From: an uncultured Spirochaetaceae bacterium
GTDB lineage: Bacteria; Myxococcota_A; UBA9160; UBA4427
Assembly (NCBI GenBank): GCA_964594405.1
Contig: CAZQMY010000002.1
Coordinates: forward strand, 1 to 54,500
Length of the DNA stretch: 54,500 nucleotides
Reading direction: 5' to 3'
This document shows positions 1 to 8,473 of the stretch, piece by piece. The notes beneath the pieces were generated by a model. That model saw only the letters and a list, made by a program, of their open reading frames with translations, was not told where the DNA came from and searched no databases. The translations under genes and the position numbers were made by a program. Numbering within the stretch: the stretch's first letter is position 1; each line of letters begins with the position of its first letter.

Positions 1-246
1 GTCCTGCCCGTCGAAGTAGACGCGACCGGAGCTCGGCGTATCGAGCCCGCCGAGGATGTTGAGCAACGTCGACTTGCCGCTGCCGGACGCACCGAGCAGC
101 ACCACCAGCTCCCCGAGGTAGAGCTCGACGTCCACGTCCGAGAGGGCGCGCACCTCGACATCCCCGGTGCGGTACACCTTCGTCAAACCCGCGGCCCGGA
201 GGGTCGGCGCGCGCTCGATCGGGTGCGACTTCTCCGCTGTCGACAC
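1..246 (-). CDS. ABC transporter ATP-binding protein (LolD/MacB-like), 3'-truncated by window edge
   Basis: Manual translation of the minus strand: ...[67 protein letters not shown], containing Walker [12 protein letters not shown] start at 246 follows GGAGG (in-frame GTG at 258 is an alternative). Confidence 0.9.
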   Translation of the reverse strand, partial: MSTAEKSHPIERAPTLRAAGLTKVYRTGDVEVRALSDVDVELYLGELVVLLGASGSGKSTLLNILGGLDTPSSGRVYFDGQD

Positions 247-454
247 GACGGCGTCCACCTCCTGCCCGCTCGGCGCTCTGAGCCACACTCCGCCCGCCTC
301 CAGACGATCGCGACACGAGCCGCTCGCGCAAGCCGGACGTGCTCGATTCCGGAGGGCGCGACCGGAGACCGGAGCCGGGTCGCGTCCCATCGGGACGGCG
401 CGCCCCGCGGACCCAGGCGCCTCCTCCAGAGCCCCCCGCATCCAGGCCCTTCGC

Positions 455-506
455 TCCGGTCCCTTCACGTCCGGACCCTTCACATCCGGACCCTTCACAT
501 CCGGAC
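455..506. repeat. 15-bp tandem repeat (TCCGGACCCTTCACA, ~3.5 copies)
   Basis: tccggtcccttcacg tccggacccttcaca tccggacccttcaca tccggac in the intergenic region between the divergent ABC ATPase and rhodopsin genes. Confidence 0.9.
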
Positions 507-594
507 AAGAGAGCCGTCGATCGGAGAGGCGCCTTCAGCGCCTCCAGGGACCCGCCGCGACCCGGCCCGCGATCCGATTTCGGTCGGAAATCGA

Positions 595-637
595 TGTCTA
601 AAGTTTGTCAAAGTAAAAACGGGATTTATAATAGACA
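595..637 (+). promoter_or_regulatory. sigma70-type promoter of the rhodopsin gene overlapped by putative CarH/LitR-like operator boxes
   Basis: AT-rich island. TTGTCA (605-610)-N16-TATAAT (627-632). TGTCTA (595) and TGTCAA (606) are 11 bp apart, with an inverted TAGACA at 632-637. Confidence 0.75.
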
Positions 638-674
638 ACGTATCGAACGTCCCCTCCATTGAAAGGATGAAGCT

Positions 675-1442
675 GTGGAACTCACCGCCTTCCAGTACGG
701 ACTGATCACCAATTTCATGTCCTTCACCGTGGCCGCCATGGGGGCGGCTGCACTCTTCCTCTTCATGGCGCGCGAGCAGGTCGCTCGCGCCTACCGACCC
801 GCACTCCTGATCTCGGGCCTCGTGGTCGCGATCGCCTGCTACCACTACGTGCGCATCTACTCGAGCTTCACGGGCGCGTACGAGCCGACGGGAGGCGTCT
901 ACACGCCGACGGGGCTCGGCTTCAACGATGCCTTCCGATACGCGGATTGGCTCCTGACCGTCCCGCTGCTCATCATCGAGCTCGTGGCCGTCATGAATCT
1001 CGCCAAGCTGCAGGCTCGCTCGCTGATGGTGCGCCTCGGCGGCGCGGCCCTGCTCATGATCGCGCTCGGATACCCGGGCGAGGTCGCCGAAGGCGTGGGC
1101 TCCGCCATCTTCTGGTGGATGGCCGCCATGCTGCCCTTCGCCTACATCGTTCGCTCGCTCTACACGGAGTTCTCGGACGCGATCAGCACGCAGCACGCCT
1201 CGGTGCAGCCGCTCGTCGGGCAGGCCCGCCTGCTCGTGGTGGCGAGCTGGTCGTTCTACCCGCTGGCCTATCTGGCGGGCCTGGGCACGGGCGCTTTCGG
1301 TGAGACCTTCCTGCAGCTCGGCTACACCATCGCCGATCTGGTCGCCAAGGTGGGTCTCGGCTTCTTCATCTTCGCCATCGCGCGGGCCAAGTCGGACGCC
1401 GAGGGCTACAGCGAGGAGGAGCCGGTGCGCGCGGCCGCGTAG
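675..1442 (+). CDS. microbial rhodopsin, xanthorhodopsin/Gloeobacter-rhodopsin-like DTE outward proton pump
   Basis: Seven hydrophobic helices. Helix C RYADWLLTVPLLIIE (D91, T95, E102), helix B YHY (H57), GYPGE, WSFYP, and helix G DLVAK (retinal Lys K225). GTG start with AAGGA SD. Confidence 0.96.
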   Translation: MELTAFQYGLITNFMSFTVAAMGAAALFLFMAREQVARAYRPALLISGLVVAIACYHYVRIYSSFTGAYEPTGGVYTPTGLGFNDAFRYADWLLTVPLLIIELVAVMNLAKLQARSLMVRLGGAALLMIALGYPGEVAEGVGSAIFWWMAAMLPFAYIVRSLYTEFSDAISTQHASVQPLVGQARLLVVASWSFYPLAYLAGLGTGAFGETFLQLGYTIADLVAKVGLGFFIFAIARAKSDAEGYSEEEPVRAAA

Positions 1443-1460
1443 GCCGCCGCACGAGCGGTC

Positions 1461-1538
1461 CGCGATCCCCGGAGCCTCTCTCGCCCCGGGGATCGCGAGG
1501 AGGCGGTCGATGCCCACACCGGGCTCGGCCGCCTTTTT
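1461..1538 (+). terminator. double hairpin / intrinsic terminator after rhodopsin
   Basis: Perfect 12-bp stem CGCGATCCCCGG(1461-1472)/CCGGGGATCGCG(1486-1497), then AGGCGGTCGA..GCCC/GGGC-TCGGCCGCCT followed by TTTT. Confidence 0.75.
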
Positions 1539-1645
1539 CGTGGTGGAGGGAGATGGACGCCCTCCGTGACCACTCACCCCTCTCGTGTCCGAGTTTGTAC
1601 GGGACGGTTGTGACGGACTGTGCAATGGACGACACTGCGAAGGGC

Positions 1646-1665
1646 TGTGTCTAGTTCATGTGCAA
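1646..1665. promoter_or_regulatory. putative operator upstream of the MerR regulator
   Basis: TGTCTA (1648) and TGTGCA (1659) as an 11-bp-spaced direct repeat, same geometry as 595/606. Confidence 0.5.
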
Positions 1666-1750
1666 GCGCAGGTTGATCACATGCTCGCTTCGACGAGCGT
1701 GGTCAGCGGCGCGAAGGGCGCGGAGGGCTCGCGACGAGAGCGCCTCCGCC

Positions 1751-2776
1751 ATGTCGGAGGAAGATCTCGTGGCGGCAGCGCGCACACGAAAGAATGAGAA
1801 GAAGACGGACGGTGAATTCCAGATCGCCACGGTGGCGACACTGACTGGCCTCGACCCCCACACGATCCGCGCGTGGGAGCGACGCTATGGCGCAGTCAAG
1901 CCCAATCGGACGGCATCGGGCCGGCGCGTCTACGACGACGAGGCCGTGGAGCGGCTGCAGCTCCTCAAGGCCCTCATCGACTGCGGGGACTCCATCGGCT
2001 CGCTCGCCGCGAAGAGCGACGAGACGCTCCGAAAGCGGCTGCACAAGCTCGCCGGCCTGGCGGAGTCGGATCCGCGAGAGTCGGCCCCGATGCGCAAGAA
2101 GGGCCCGATCCGGCTCGGGCTCCTCGCGCCCGTCGCGGCTGCGCAGATCCGACTCGGGGCCTCGAAGCTCGCTGGCGTGGACCTCAGCGTGGTTGCCGAC
2201 GACCTCGACGGCTTCATGGGGCAATGCACGCCGAAGAGCTGCGACGTGCTGGTGCTCGAGCTCGACGCCCTCGGATCCGAGCCCGGCCGCGTCATGGACG
2301 AGTGTCTGGCCGCGTGCGGCGCGCAGATGGCCATCGTGGTCTACTCCTTTGCGCGCGCCAGTGAGCTTGCCCGCCTGTCCCGGCGCTCGGCCAAGCTCAT
2401 TCGGGGGCCGCTGCGCGTCGAGTCGCTGCGCCGCGCCATCATGGACCTGGTGGCCAGCTCGGACGCCCGGCGCCGCAAGCTACCCACGGCACGCGTGCCG
2501 CGCGCATCGACCGAGTCTCCGGCCCGACGCTTCGACGATGCCCAGCTCGCCCAGCTCGCCGAGACCTCGACCTCCATCGACTGCGAGTGCCCCAATCACC
2601 TCTCCGCACTCGTCTCCGCGCTGGTCGCCTTCGAGACCTACTCACGGAATTGCGAGAGTCGGGACGCCGAGGACGCGGAGATGCACGCCGGGCTCGCCTC
2701 CGGCACGGGGCGTGCCCGCGTCGTGCTCGAGCAGCTCCTCGAGGGTCTGTGCGAGTATGAGGGGATCGAGATCTAG
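1751..2776 (+). CDS. MerR-family (CarA/CarH/LitR-like HTH) transcriptional regulator with a Cys/His-rich C-terminal domain
   Basis: N-terminal FQIATVATLTGLDPHTIRAWERRYGAVKPNRTASGRRVY matches the CarA/CarH winged HTH. Central alpha/beta domain. C-terminal CECPNHL..YSRNCE..MH..LCEYEG. Start at ATG 1751 preferred over 1658. Confidence 0.88.
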   Translation: MSEEDLVAAARTRKNEKKTDGEFQIATVATLTGLDPHTIRAWERRYGAVKPNRTASGRRVYDDEAVERLQLLKALIDCGDSIGSLAAKSDETLRKRLHKLAGLAESDPRESAPMRKKGPIRLGLLAPVAAAQIRLGASKLAGVDLSVVADDLDGFMGQCTPKSCDVLVLELDALGSEPGRVMDECLAACGAQMAIVVYSFARASELARLSRRSAKLIRGPLRVESLRRAIMDLVASSDARRRKLPTARVPRASTESPARRFDDAQLAQLAETSTSIDCECPNHLSALVSALVAFETYSRNCESRDAEDAEMHAGLASGTGRARVVLEQLLEGLCEYEGIEI

Positions 2777-3732
2777 CTGAGCGCCTCACCGCTGGCCGGC
2801 CGCGCACCCAATGCGCGGTCGGCCGTCCCCGGATCGATGCCGAGGAGCAGCATGTGAGGGGCCGTCAACGCGGCCAGCCCGATGAAAACGGTCTGGACGG
2901 CGCGGGGCGTGAGCATCGACGGATCGACTGTGGTTTGCCAGAGGATCAGCGCAGTGAGAACGGTGACAGCGGTCACTGGTCCCGACTCGAGCAGGAGCTG
3001 CCTGATCGCCTGGACCGGCCGATCACCCGTGCGGGACGCGAGGTCGATGATGTGTCGAGGAGCGTGTCCAGCGCAGAAGTAGACGGCGAAGAAGAGGAGC
3101 GGCGGGAGCGCGACCGCCGCGAGTGTCATCGAGACGAACTCCGCGAGTGATCGGAGTCGATCGGATCGTACCGCCACGCTGCGCGTCATCATGGACATGG
3201 CGACGATCGCTGCCAGCCCGAGGACGGGTCGCGCTGCCATGACGCCGTCGGCGACGACATCTGAGAACGGAGCCAGCCAGCCGAAGAGAGCCAACACTTC
3301 CTCTGTGCGGAACGCGAGGGGCAGCGCGATCGGGAGCGTCCCCCGAAGGATTTGCGTTGGCCAGGGAGGATTCGATCCGGGCGCCGCGTCCCCCGCGCCG
3401 AAGTGGAGCGCTGATGCGATGAGGAAGCCGATCAGCGCGATCTCCGGCGCGGCCATCCAGACGGCGACGACCAGCGCCGCTGTCGCGACGTAGACGAAGG
3501 TGAACCCCGCCCACCACCTCGCGCCGATCCTGGGCGCGAGGAGCGCACGGCCCACGCGCCAGTCCATCGCACCGTGGGGCAGCCCGGTCAGGCACAGTCC
3601 GAGGCAGAGGATCGCCATCTGTGCGCCGAGGGAGGGCGCGGGGAGGAGGAGTCCCAACCCTGCGCCGAACCCGTAGGCGGCGCAGAGCGCGATGTCGTAG
3701 GCGCGCCGGGCGCGCGTCCACCATGCCCTCAT
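2773..3732 (-). CDS. blh: Brp/Blh family beta-carotene 15,15'-dioxygenase (retinal synthase)
   Basis: Polytopic membrane protein with four conserved His motifs: GLPHGAMD, ALHFG, HAPRH, LTAPHMLL. ATG 3732 overlaps the crtY stop (ATGA). Confidence 0.92.
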   Translation of the reverse strand: MRAWWTRARRAYDIALCAAYGFGAGLGLLLPAPSLGAQMAILCLGLCLTGLPHGAMDWRVGRALLAPRIGARWWAGFTFVYVATAALVVAVWMAAPEIALIGFLIASALHFGAGDAAPGSNPPWPTQILRGTLPIALPLAFRTEEVLALFGWLAPFSDVVADGVMAARPVLGLAAIVAMSMMTRSVAVRSDRLRSLAEFVSMTLAAVALPPLLFFAVYFCAGHAPRHIIDLASRTGDRPVQAIRQLLLESGPVTAVTVLTALILWQTTVDPSMLTPRAVQTVFIGLAALTAPHMLLLGIDPGTADRALGARPASGEALS

Positions 3733-4880
3733 GCCCCGATCCAGTCGCCCCGCGCACGCCAGGCTTCGCGCAGGAAGAGGGGCGCCGGCAGCGCGCTCAC
3801 CACGGCGAGACGATCGCTCGGGCGTGCGGTGTCGGTGAGGAAGCGCACCAGGGGGTCTGGCGACACGCGGCGGAAGAGCCCCTCCAGCAGCGCCGGCCCT
3901 CGCTCGGGATGGCGGCGAAGCACCGAGAGGAAGAGCGCGTCGAGAGCGCTCGACAGGCGATCCCTGGGTGGCGGCGGCGCGGGCCGCCCGCCCGCGCGAA
4001 GGTGCGCCACCATCGCTCTGCTCCAGCGCTGGATCGCACCGAAGGCGTAGCCCGTGCTCGGCTTCACCAGCCCCCCTGCCGTTCCGATCGGAATCACGCT
4101 CGGGTCGTCGACGTCGACCGCCGGCCGCCCGCCCATCGGAATCACCCCGGACTCTCCTCCGACGACCTCGTAGTCGACGACGCCATGGCGCTCGCGCAGG
4201 TAGCGATCGACCTGACGCCGGTAGTGGGCGGGCGGCAGCGGTGTCGGCGAGAAGAACGTCGATTCGACGAGCGCCTCGCATGGCCCGTAGGGAAGCACGT
4301 AGCCGAAGTGGATGGCGGGCTCCTGAGGCACGTCGAAGTCCATGAGCGTGACAGTGTCCGGGTCGAAGACAGGCGCATCGGTGCGCACGCGCAGTCCGAC
4401 GAAGTGCTGGAGCAGCGGAGGCGGCGCCGCCATTCGCGGAGGTCGGCCGTCGAAGACGAGGCCGGCGCGAACGGTGCCGCGGCTCGTCGCGATCTCGACC
4501 CCATCGCCATCGGGCACGAGCTTGCTCGCCGAGGTCCCGAGCGCGACCTCCACCTGATCGGAGCCACGCAGCAGATCGAGGGCCAGGCCGTAGAAGTGGT
4601 CCGAAGGCAGCTCACGGTATCGGTACCGCCTGGTCTCGTGCTCCGTCCGCCGTCCTTCGAACCGAACCGCCCACCGCGACCAGCTGTGTGCCACGCCCGC
4701 CTCGAACCGGTGAGGCTCGACGTCCCAATGGCAGAAGGTGCGATCCCGCTCGAAGTCCGTCCGGGGCTCTATCACGAGTGTGCGACCCGGGAGTGCGCGG
4801 GCCGCCAACTCGACCGCGAGGCTGAGGCCCGCACACCCTCCCCCCACGATCACGCGGTCGTAGTCGTACCCGACGCTCAT
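3729..4880 (-). CDS. crtY: lycopene beta-cyclase
   Basis: MSVGYDYDRVIVGGGCAGLSLA FAD-binding motif, plus DRTFCHW, LMDF, FGYVLPY, ALVESTFFS, IGTAGGLVKPSTGYAF. ATGA coupling to crtB. Confidence 0.92.
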   Translation of the reverse strand: MSVGYDYDRVIVGGGCAGLSLAVELAARALPGRTLVIEPRTDFERDRTFCHWDVEPHRFEAGVAHSWSRWAVRFEGRRTEHETRRYRYRELPSDHFYGLALDLLRGSDQVEVALGTSASKLVPDGDGVEIATSRGTVRAGLVFDGRPPRMAAPPPLLQHFVGLRVRTDAPVFDPDTVTLMDFDVPQEPAIHFGYVLPYGPCEALVESTFFSPTPLPPAHYRRQVDRYLRERHGVVDYEVVGGESGVIPMGGRPAVDVDDPSVIPIGTAGGLVKPSTGYAFGAIQRWSRAMVAHLRAGGRPAPPPPRDRLSSALDALFLSVLRRHPERGPALLEGLFRRVSPDPLVRFLTDTARPSDRLAVVSALPAPLFLREAWRARGDWIGA

Positions 4881-5809
4881 GCGGCACGATCCGCGCCCGG
4901 AGCGCTGCCCAGGGCGAAGTGGAGGCGCTGGTCGTGTGCAGGCCGGACCTGCGCACGCGAGGTCGGCAGCGTACCCGCGAAGTAGACCAGCGCGCGGAAG
5001 GTCTGCCAGAGCTTGCCGGCATTCGAGACCACCGTGCGCCGGGCCCAGTAGCGCTCCGGCCCGCGGCGACGGATCTCGGTTCCGATCGACTCGTAGACGC
5101 GCGAGGCCGTGAGGATGCCGGCGCGAGCCCGGGTGGGCAGGTAGCGCATGCCCCGGTCGGCGCTGCGGTAGTAGCACTCTGCCAGCGCGATCAGCCGGTC
5201 GACGGCGGCCCACGCGGCGAGGCGCGCGTCCGGATCGCCGCCGGCGATGGCGGCGGCCGTACAGCGCTGGCCGACCCATGTGGCGGGGAGGTAGACGCGG
5301 CCCCGTTCGGCGTCTTCGAGGACGTCGCGTGCGATGTTGGTGAGCTGCATGCCGATCCCGAGATCCACCGCGAAGGGAAGCGCCTGGGGCTCGCTCACCT
5401 CCAGGGCCGAGCACATCATCAGGCCGACCGTTCCGGCGACGCCGTACGCGTAGCGGACGAGCCCCTCCACGTCGGCGACCCGCACCGGACCGAGATCGGA
5501 AGCCACCCCGTCCACGAAGGCCCGCGCCACGTCGGGTTCGATGCCAAGCCGCCGGACGGCGTCTGGCATGCCCGAAGGATCCTCGGTCCGCGCGAGGCTC
5601 CAGCGCAGCGCGGACAGGGCGTGTGCCGCCTGGCCTGGATCGCCTTCATCTACGAGGTCGTCCACGTGCCGGCAGAAGGCGTAGAGGAGCGCACACCGCT
5701 CGGCATGACTCTGCCCGAGCAGGCGGCTGGCCCAGTGAAAGCTGCGCCCATGGTGCGCGAGCACCGCACGCGCCTCGGCGACGGGCGTCGGATCGATGGC
5801 GATGCTCAT
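4877..5809 (-). CDS. crtB: phytoene synthase
   Basis: SFHWASRLL, YAFCRHVDDLVD, YAYGVAGTVGLMM, LGIGMQLTNIARDVLEDAERGRVYLP. Confidence 0.95.
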   Translation of the reverse strand: MSIAIDPTPVAEARAVLAHHGRSFHWASRLLGQSHAERCALLYAFCRHVDDLVDEGDPGQAAHALSALRWSLARTEDPSGMPDAVRRLGIEPDVARAFVDGVASDLGPVRVADVEGLVRYAYGVAGTVGLMMCSALEVSEPQALPFAVDLGIGMQLTNIARDVLEDAERGRVYLPATWVGQRCTAAAIAGGDPDARLAAWAAVDRLIALAECYYRSADRGMRYLPTRARAGILTASRVYESIGTEIRRRGPERYWARRTVVSNAGKLWQTFRALVYFAGTLPTSRAQVRPAHDQRLHFALGSAPGADRAA

Positions 5810-7350
5810 GCGGATGCCTCCTCGTGCGCAACGGTGGGAACCAGGCGGTCGAGGACCTTCGCGGAAGAGACCACACCCGGCAGCCCCGCGCCGGGATGAG
5901 TGCCGGCCCCGACGAGGTAGAGCCCATCGACCTCCTCGGAGCGGTTGTGGAACCGGAACCAGGCCGACTGCGTGAGCAGGGGCTGCACCGAGAAGCCGGC
6001 GCCGTGGACGCTGAGGTAGTCCGAGCCGAAGTCCTCGGGCGTCATATGGAAGTCGTGGACCAGGTGCTCCGAGAGTCCGGGCAGCATCCGTTGCTCGAGG
6101 GATGCGAGGATCCGGTCGCGATAGCGCTTCGCTTCGCTCTGCCAGTCGACGTCGCCCTGCAGGTTCGGAACGGGCGCGAGCACGTAGAAGGCGTCACACC
6201 CCTCGGGCGCCATGGATGGGTCGGTCGCCGTGGGGCGGTGCAGATAGAGGCTGAAGTCATCCGCGAGGACCTTGCGGTGGAAGATGTCATCGAGCAGTCC
6301 GCGATAGCGCGGCCCCATCACGATCGTGTGATGCGCGACCTCCTCGTAGGTCTTCGAAGTGCCGAAGTAGAGAACGAAGAGCCCCATCGAGTAGCGCAGT
6401 CGTTCCATCCGTCGCGGCGTCCAACGTCGCTTGCGGACGCCCGGGAGCAGCTTTCCGTAGAGGTGGGGCGGGTCGCCGTTGAAGACCACCACCTCCGCGG
6501 GGAGTTGCTCGCCCGAAGCCAGGCGGACCCCCGTGGCACGACCACCCTCGACCTCGATCCGATCCACTGACTCGCCGAGCACGACCTCGACGCCGACCTC
6601 CTCCATCAAGCGCCCCAGCGCGCCGACCAGGGCACCCGTCCCCCCGATCGGGAAGTGGATGCCCCACTCGCGCTCCAGATAGTGGATCAGCGAGTAGATG
6701 CTGGTGGTGTCGAAGGGGTTGCCGCCGACCAGGAGCGGCTGGATGCTGAACGCCTGGCGCAGCTGTGGGCTCTGCAGATGTTTCGACACCAGGGCGTGGA
6801 CCGAGCGATCGCTGCGCAGGCGGATGAGTGAGGGCAGCACGCGGAGCATGTCGCGGAAGCGATGGAAAGGCCGGTCGGCGAGCTCGGTGAAGCCCTTGTC
6901 GAAGATCTTTCGCGACTGCTCGACGAGCCCCAGGTAGCCCGCCTGATCGCGCGGCTCGAAGCGAGCGATCTCGCGGAGCGTGTCCTCGACGGTGCCCCCG
7001 TAGTCGAACCGACGTCCATCGTCGAAGACGAAGCGGTACCACGGCTCGACGGGGCGGAGCTCCACGTAGTCGTCGAGCCGCCGGCCGAAGAGCTCGAAGA
7101 GCTCGCGGAAGAGGAAGGGCGCCGTGATCACGGTCGGCCCGGCGTCGTATACGAAGCCGTCCCGCTCGAAGACGCGCGCTCGTCCGCCGAGCGTCGGCAT
7201 GCGATCGACGAGCGTCACTGCGTAGCCGCGGGCGCGCATACGCAGGGCGGCCGCGATCCCTCCGAATCCGGCGCCGACCACGATGGCGCGGCCGCTCCCC
7301 GCTTCGTTCCGCGAGGCATGGGGCCTCGCGTCGGCGAGTAGGCTGATCAT
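5806..7350 (-). CDS. crtI: phytoene desaturase
   Basis: GAGFGG dinucleotide-binding motif, GGRARVFERDGFVYDAGPTVIT, C-terminal YLVGAGTHPGAGLPGVVSSAK signature. Confidence 0.96.
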   Translation of the reverse strand: MISLLADARPHASRNEAGSGRAIVVGAGFGGIAAALRMRARGYAVTLVDRMPTLGGRARVFERDGFVYDAGPTVITAPFLFRELFELFGRRLDDYVELRPVEPWYRFVFDDGRRFDYGGTVEDTLREIARFEPRDQAGYLGLVEQSRKIFDKGFTELADRPFHRFRDMLRVLPSLIRLRSDRSVHALVSKHLQSPQLRQAFSIQPLLVGGNPFDTTSIYSLIHYLEREWGIHFPIGGTGALVGALGRLMEEVGVEVVLGESVDRIEVEGGRATGVRLASGEQLPAEVVVFNGDPPHLYGKLLPGVRKRRWTPRRMERLRYSMGLFVLYFGTSKTYEEVAHHTIVMGPRYRGLLDDIFHRKVLADDFSLYLHRPTATDPSMAPEGCDAFYVLAPVPNLQGDVDWQSEAKRYRDRILASLEQRMLPGLSEHLVHDFHMTPEDFGSDYLSVHGAGFSVQPLLTQSAWFRFHNRSEEVDGLYLVGAGTHPGAGLPGVVSSAKVLDRLVPTVAHEEASA

Positions 7351-8426
7351 CGTGCACCTCCCAGCGCGGGCGCGTCGCCGGCCCGATCGGTATGTGACAG
7401 TGTCGCGGGTAGGGCCGCGGGTGTGTCCGCGGTGGAAAGCGGGATGAGGCGGGCCATCGCCTGACGCGTGACGGCACCGATCCGGGGCGGGAGCTCGTCC
7501 AGCACGCGCGCCGCTTGACCGCGGAGCTCCTGGATCCGCTGCTCACACGCCCCAGGTGCGGCCGACTCGAGGATCCGCTGCCTGAGCGCCGCGACCTCGT
7601 CGTCGTCGAGGGGCCGGGTGATCGCGGTCGCCGCGAGCCGATCATCGGGGTTTGCGGTCGCGTAGTACAGAAGCGGGGCGTTGGGACGTCCCTCGCGCAG
7701 ATCCGTGCCCGGTCGGCGCCCCTTGCCTCCGCGCAGATCGAGCAGGTCGTCCTTGATCTGGTAGGCCACGCCGATCAATCCGAACGCGTGTCGCACACGG
7801 GCACGGCCCGAGGCCGCCGCGCCCGCAGCGACCAGGGCAGACTCGACCGGAAGTGCGAGCAAGGGGCCGGTCTTCGCCTGGGCCACCTCTTCATGGTGCT
7901 TGAGCGTCGCGACGGAGCCCGACGTATCCCCCGCCTGCCCGCGAATCAGGGTCAGCGTGCTGCGGGTGAAGGCCTGGGCGATCTCGCGCTGCGCACCGGC
8001 GGGCAGGTCGCAGCCCAGGACGACGTCGATCGCCGAGGTCAGCAGGTAGTCGCCCAGGTTGATCGCGGCCGCCTCACCGAAGACGCGCCAGACCGTCGGC
8101 TGCCCGCGGCGCATCAGATCGCGATCCTGCACATCGTCGTGCACCAGCGAGGCGTTGTGAAGCAGCTCGCAAGCGAGCGCGAGGTCGCGGGCCACGCGGT
8201 CCTCCACGTCGAGCACCTCACACGCCGCCAGGCAGAGTCGCGCGCGTGCCATCTTTCCCGGGGTCGACAGATGATGGCGAGCGGCGTGGCCGAGCGGTCC
8301 GTCCGGCGCGGTCGCGAGGAGGTCTGCGCGCACTCCTTCGATCCTGTCGCAGTCGGGCGCGCCATCGATGGTGCGCGCCTCGGACCTCGTCCAGCGCGTC
8401 GGAACGGTGTGGGAATGGATGGTCAT
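7347..8426 (-). CDS. crtE: geranylgeranyl diphosphate synthase (polyprenyl synthetase)
   Basis: FARM motif ASLVHDDVQDRDLMRRG and SARM motif YQIKDDLLD, plus GQ and KTG motifs. First enzyme gene of the crt operon. Confidence 0.9.
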   Translation of the reverse strand: MTIHSHTVPTRWTRSEARTIDGAPDCDRIEGVRADLLATAPDGPLGHAARHHLSTPGKMARARLCLAACEVLDVEDRVARDLALACELLHNASLVHDDVQDRDLMRRGQPTVWRVFGEAAAINLGDYLLTSAIDVVLGCDLPAGAQREIAQAFTRSTLTLIRGQAGDTSGSVATLKHHEEVAQAKTGPLLALPVESALVAAGAAASGRARVRHAFGLIGVAYQIKDDLLDLRGGKGRRPGTDLREGRPNAPLLYYATANPDDRLAATAITRPLDDDEVAALRQRILESAAPGACEQRIQELRGQAARVLDELPPRIGAVTRQAMARLIPLSTADTPAALPATLSHTDRAGDAPALGGAR

Positions 8427-8473
8427 GGTTTCGTCTCTCTCCTGGCGCGGCGAGCGCGAGGTGTCGCCGCCGT

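Noticed and set aside
455-506. Possible CRISPR array
   Set aside because: Units are 15 bp and directly adjacent with no unique spacers, and there are no cas genes in the window.
675-1442. Sodium or chloride pump, sensory rhodopsin or heliorhodopsin
   Set aside because: The helix C motif is DTE (not NDQ or NTQ), no transducer gene is adjacent, and the sequence motifs are those of type-1 proton pumps.
1751-2776. Calling the regulator carH/litR
   Set aside because: The cobalamin-binding motifs are absent and only the DNA-binding domain matches.
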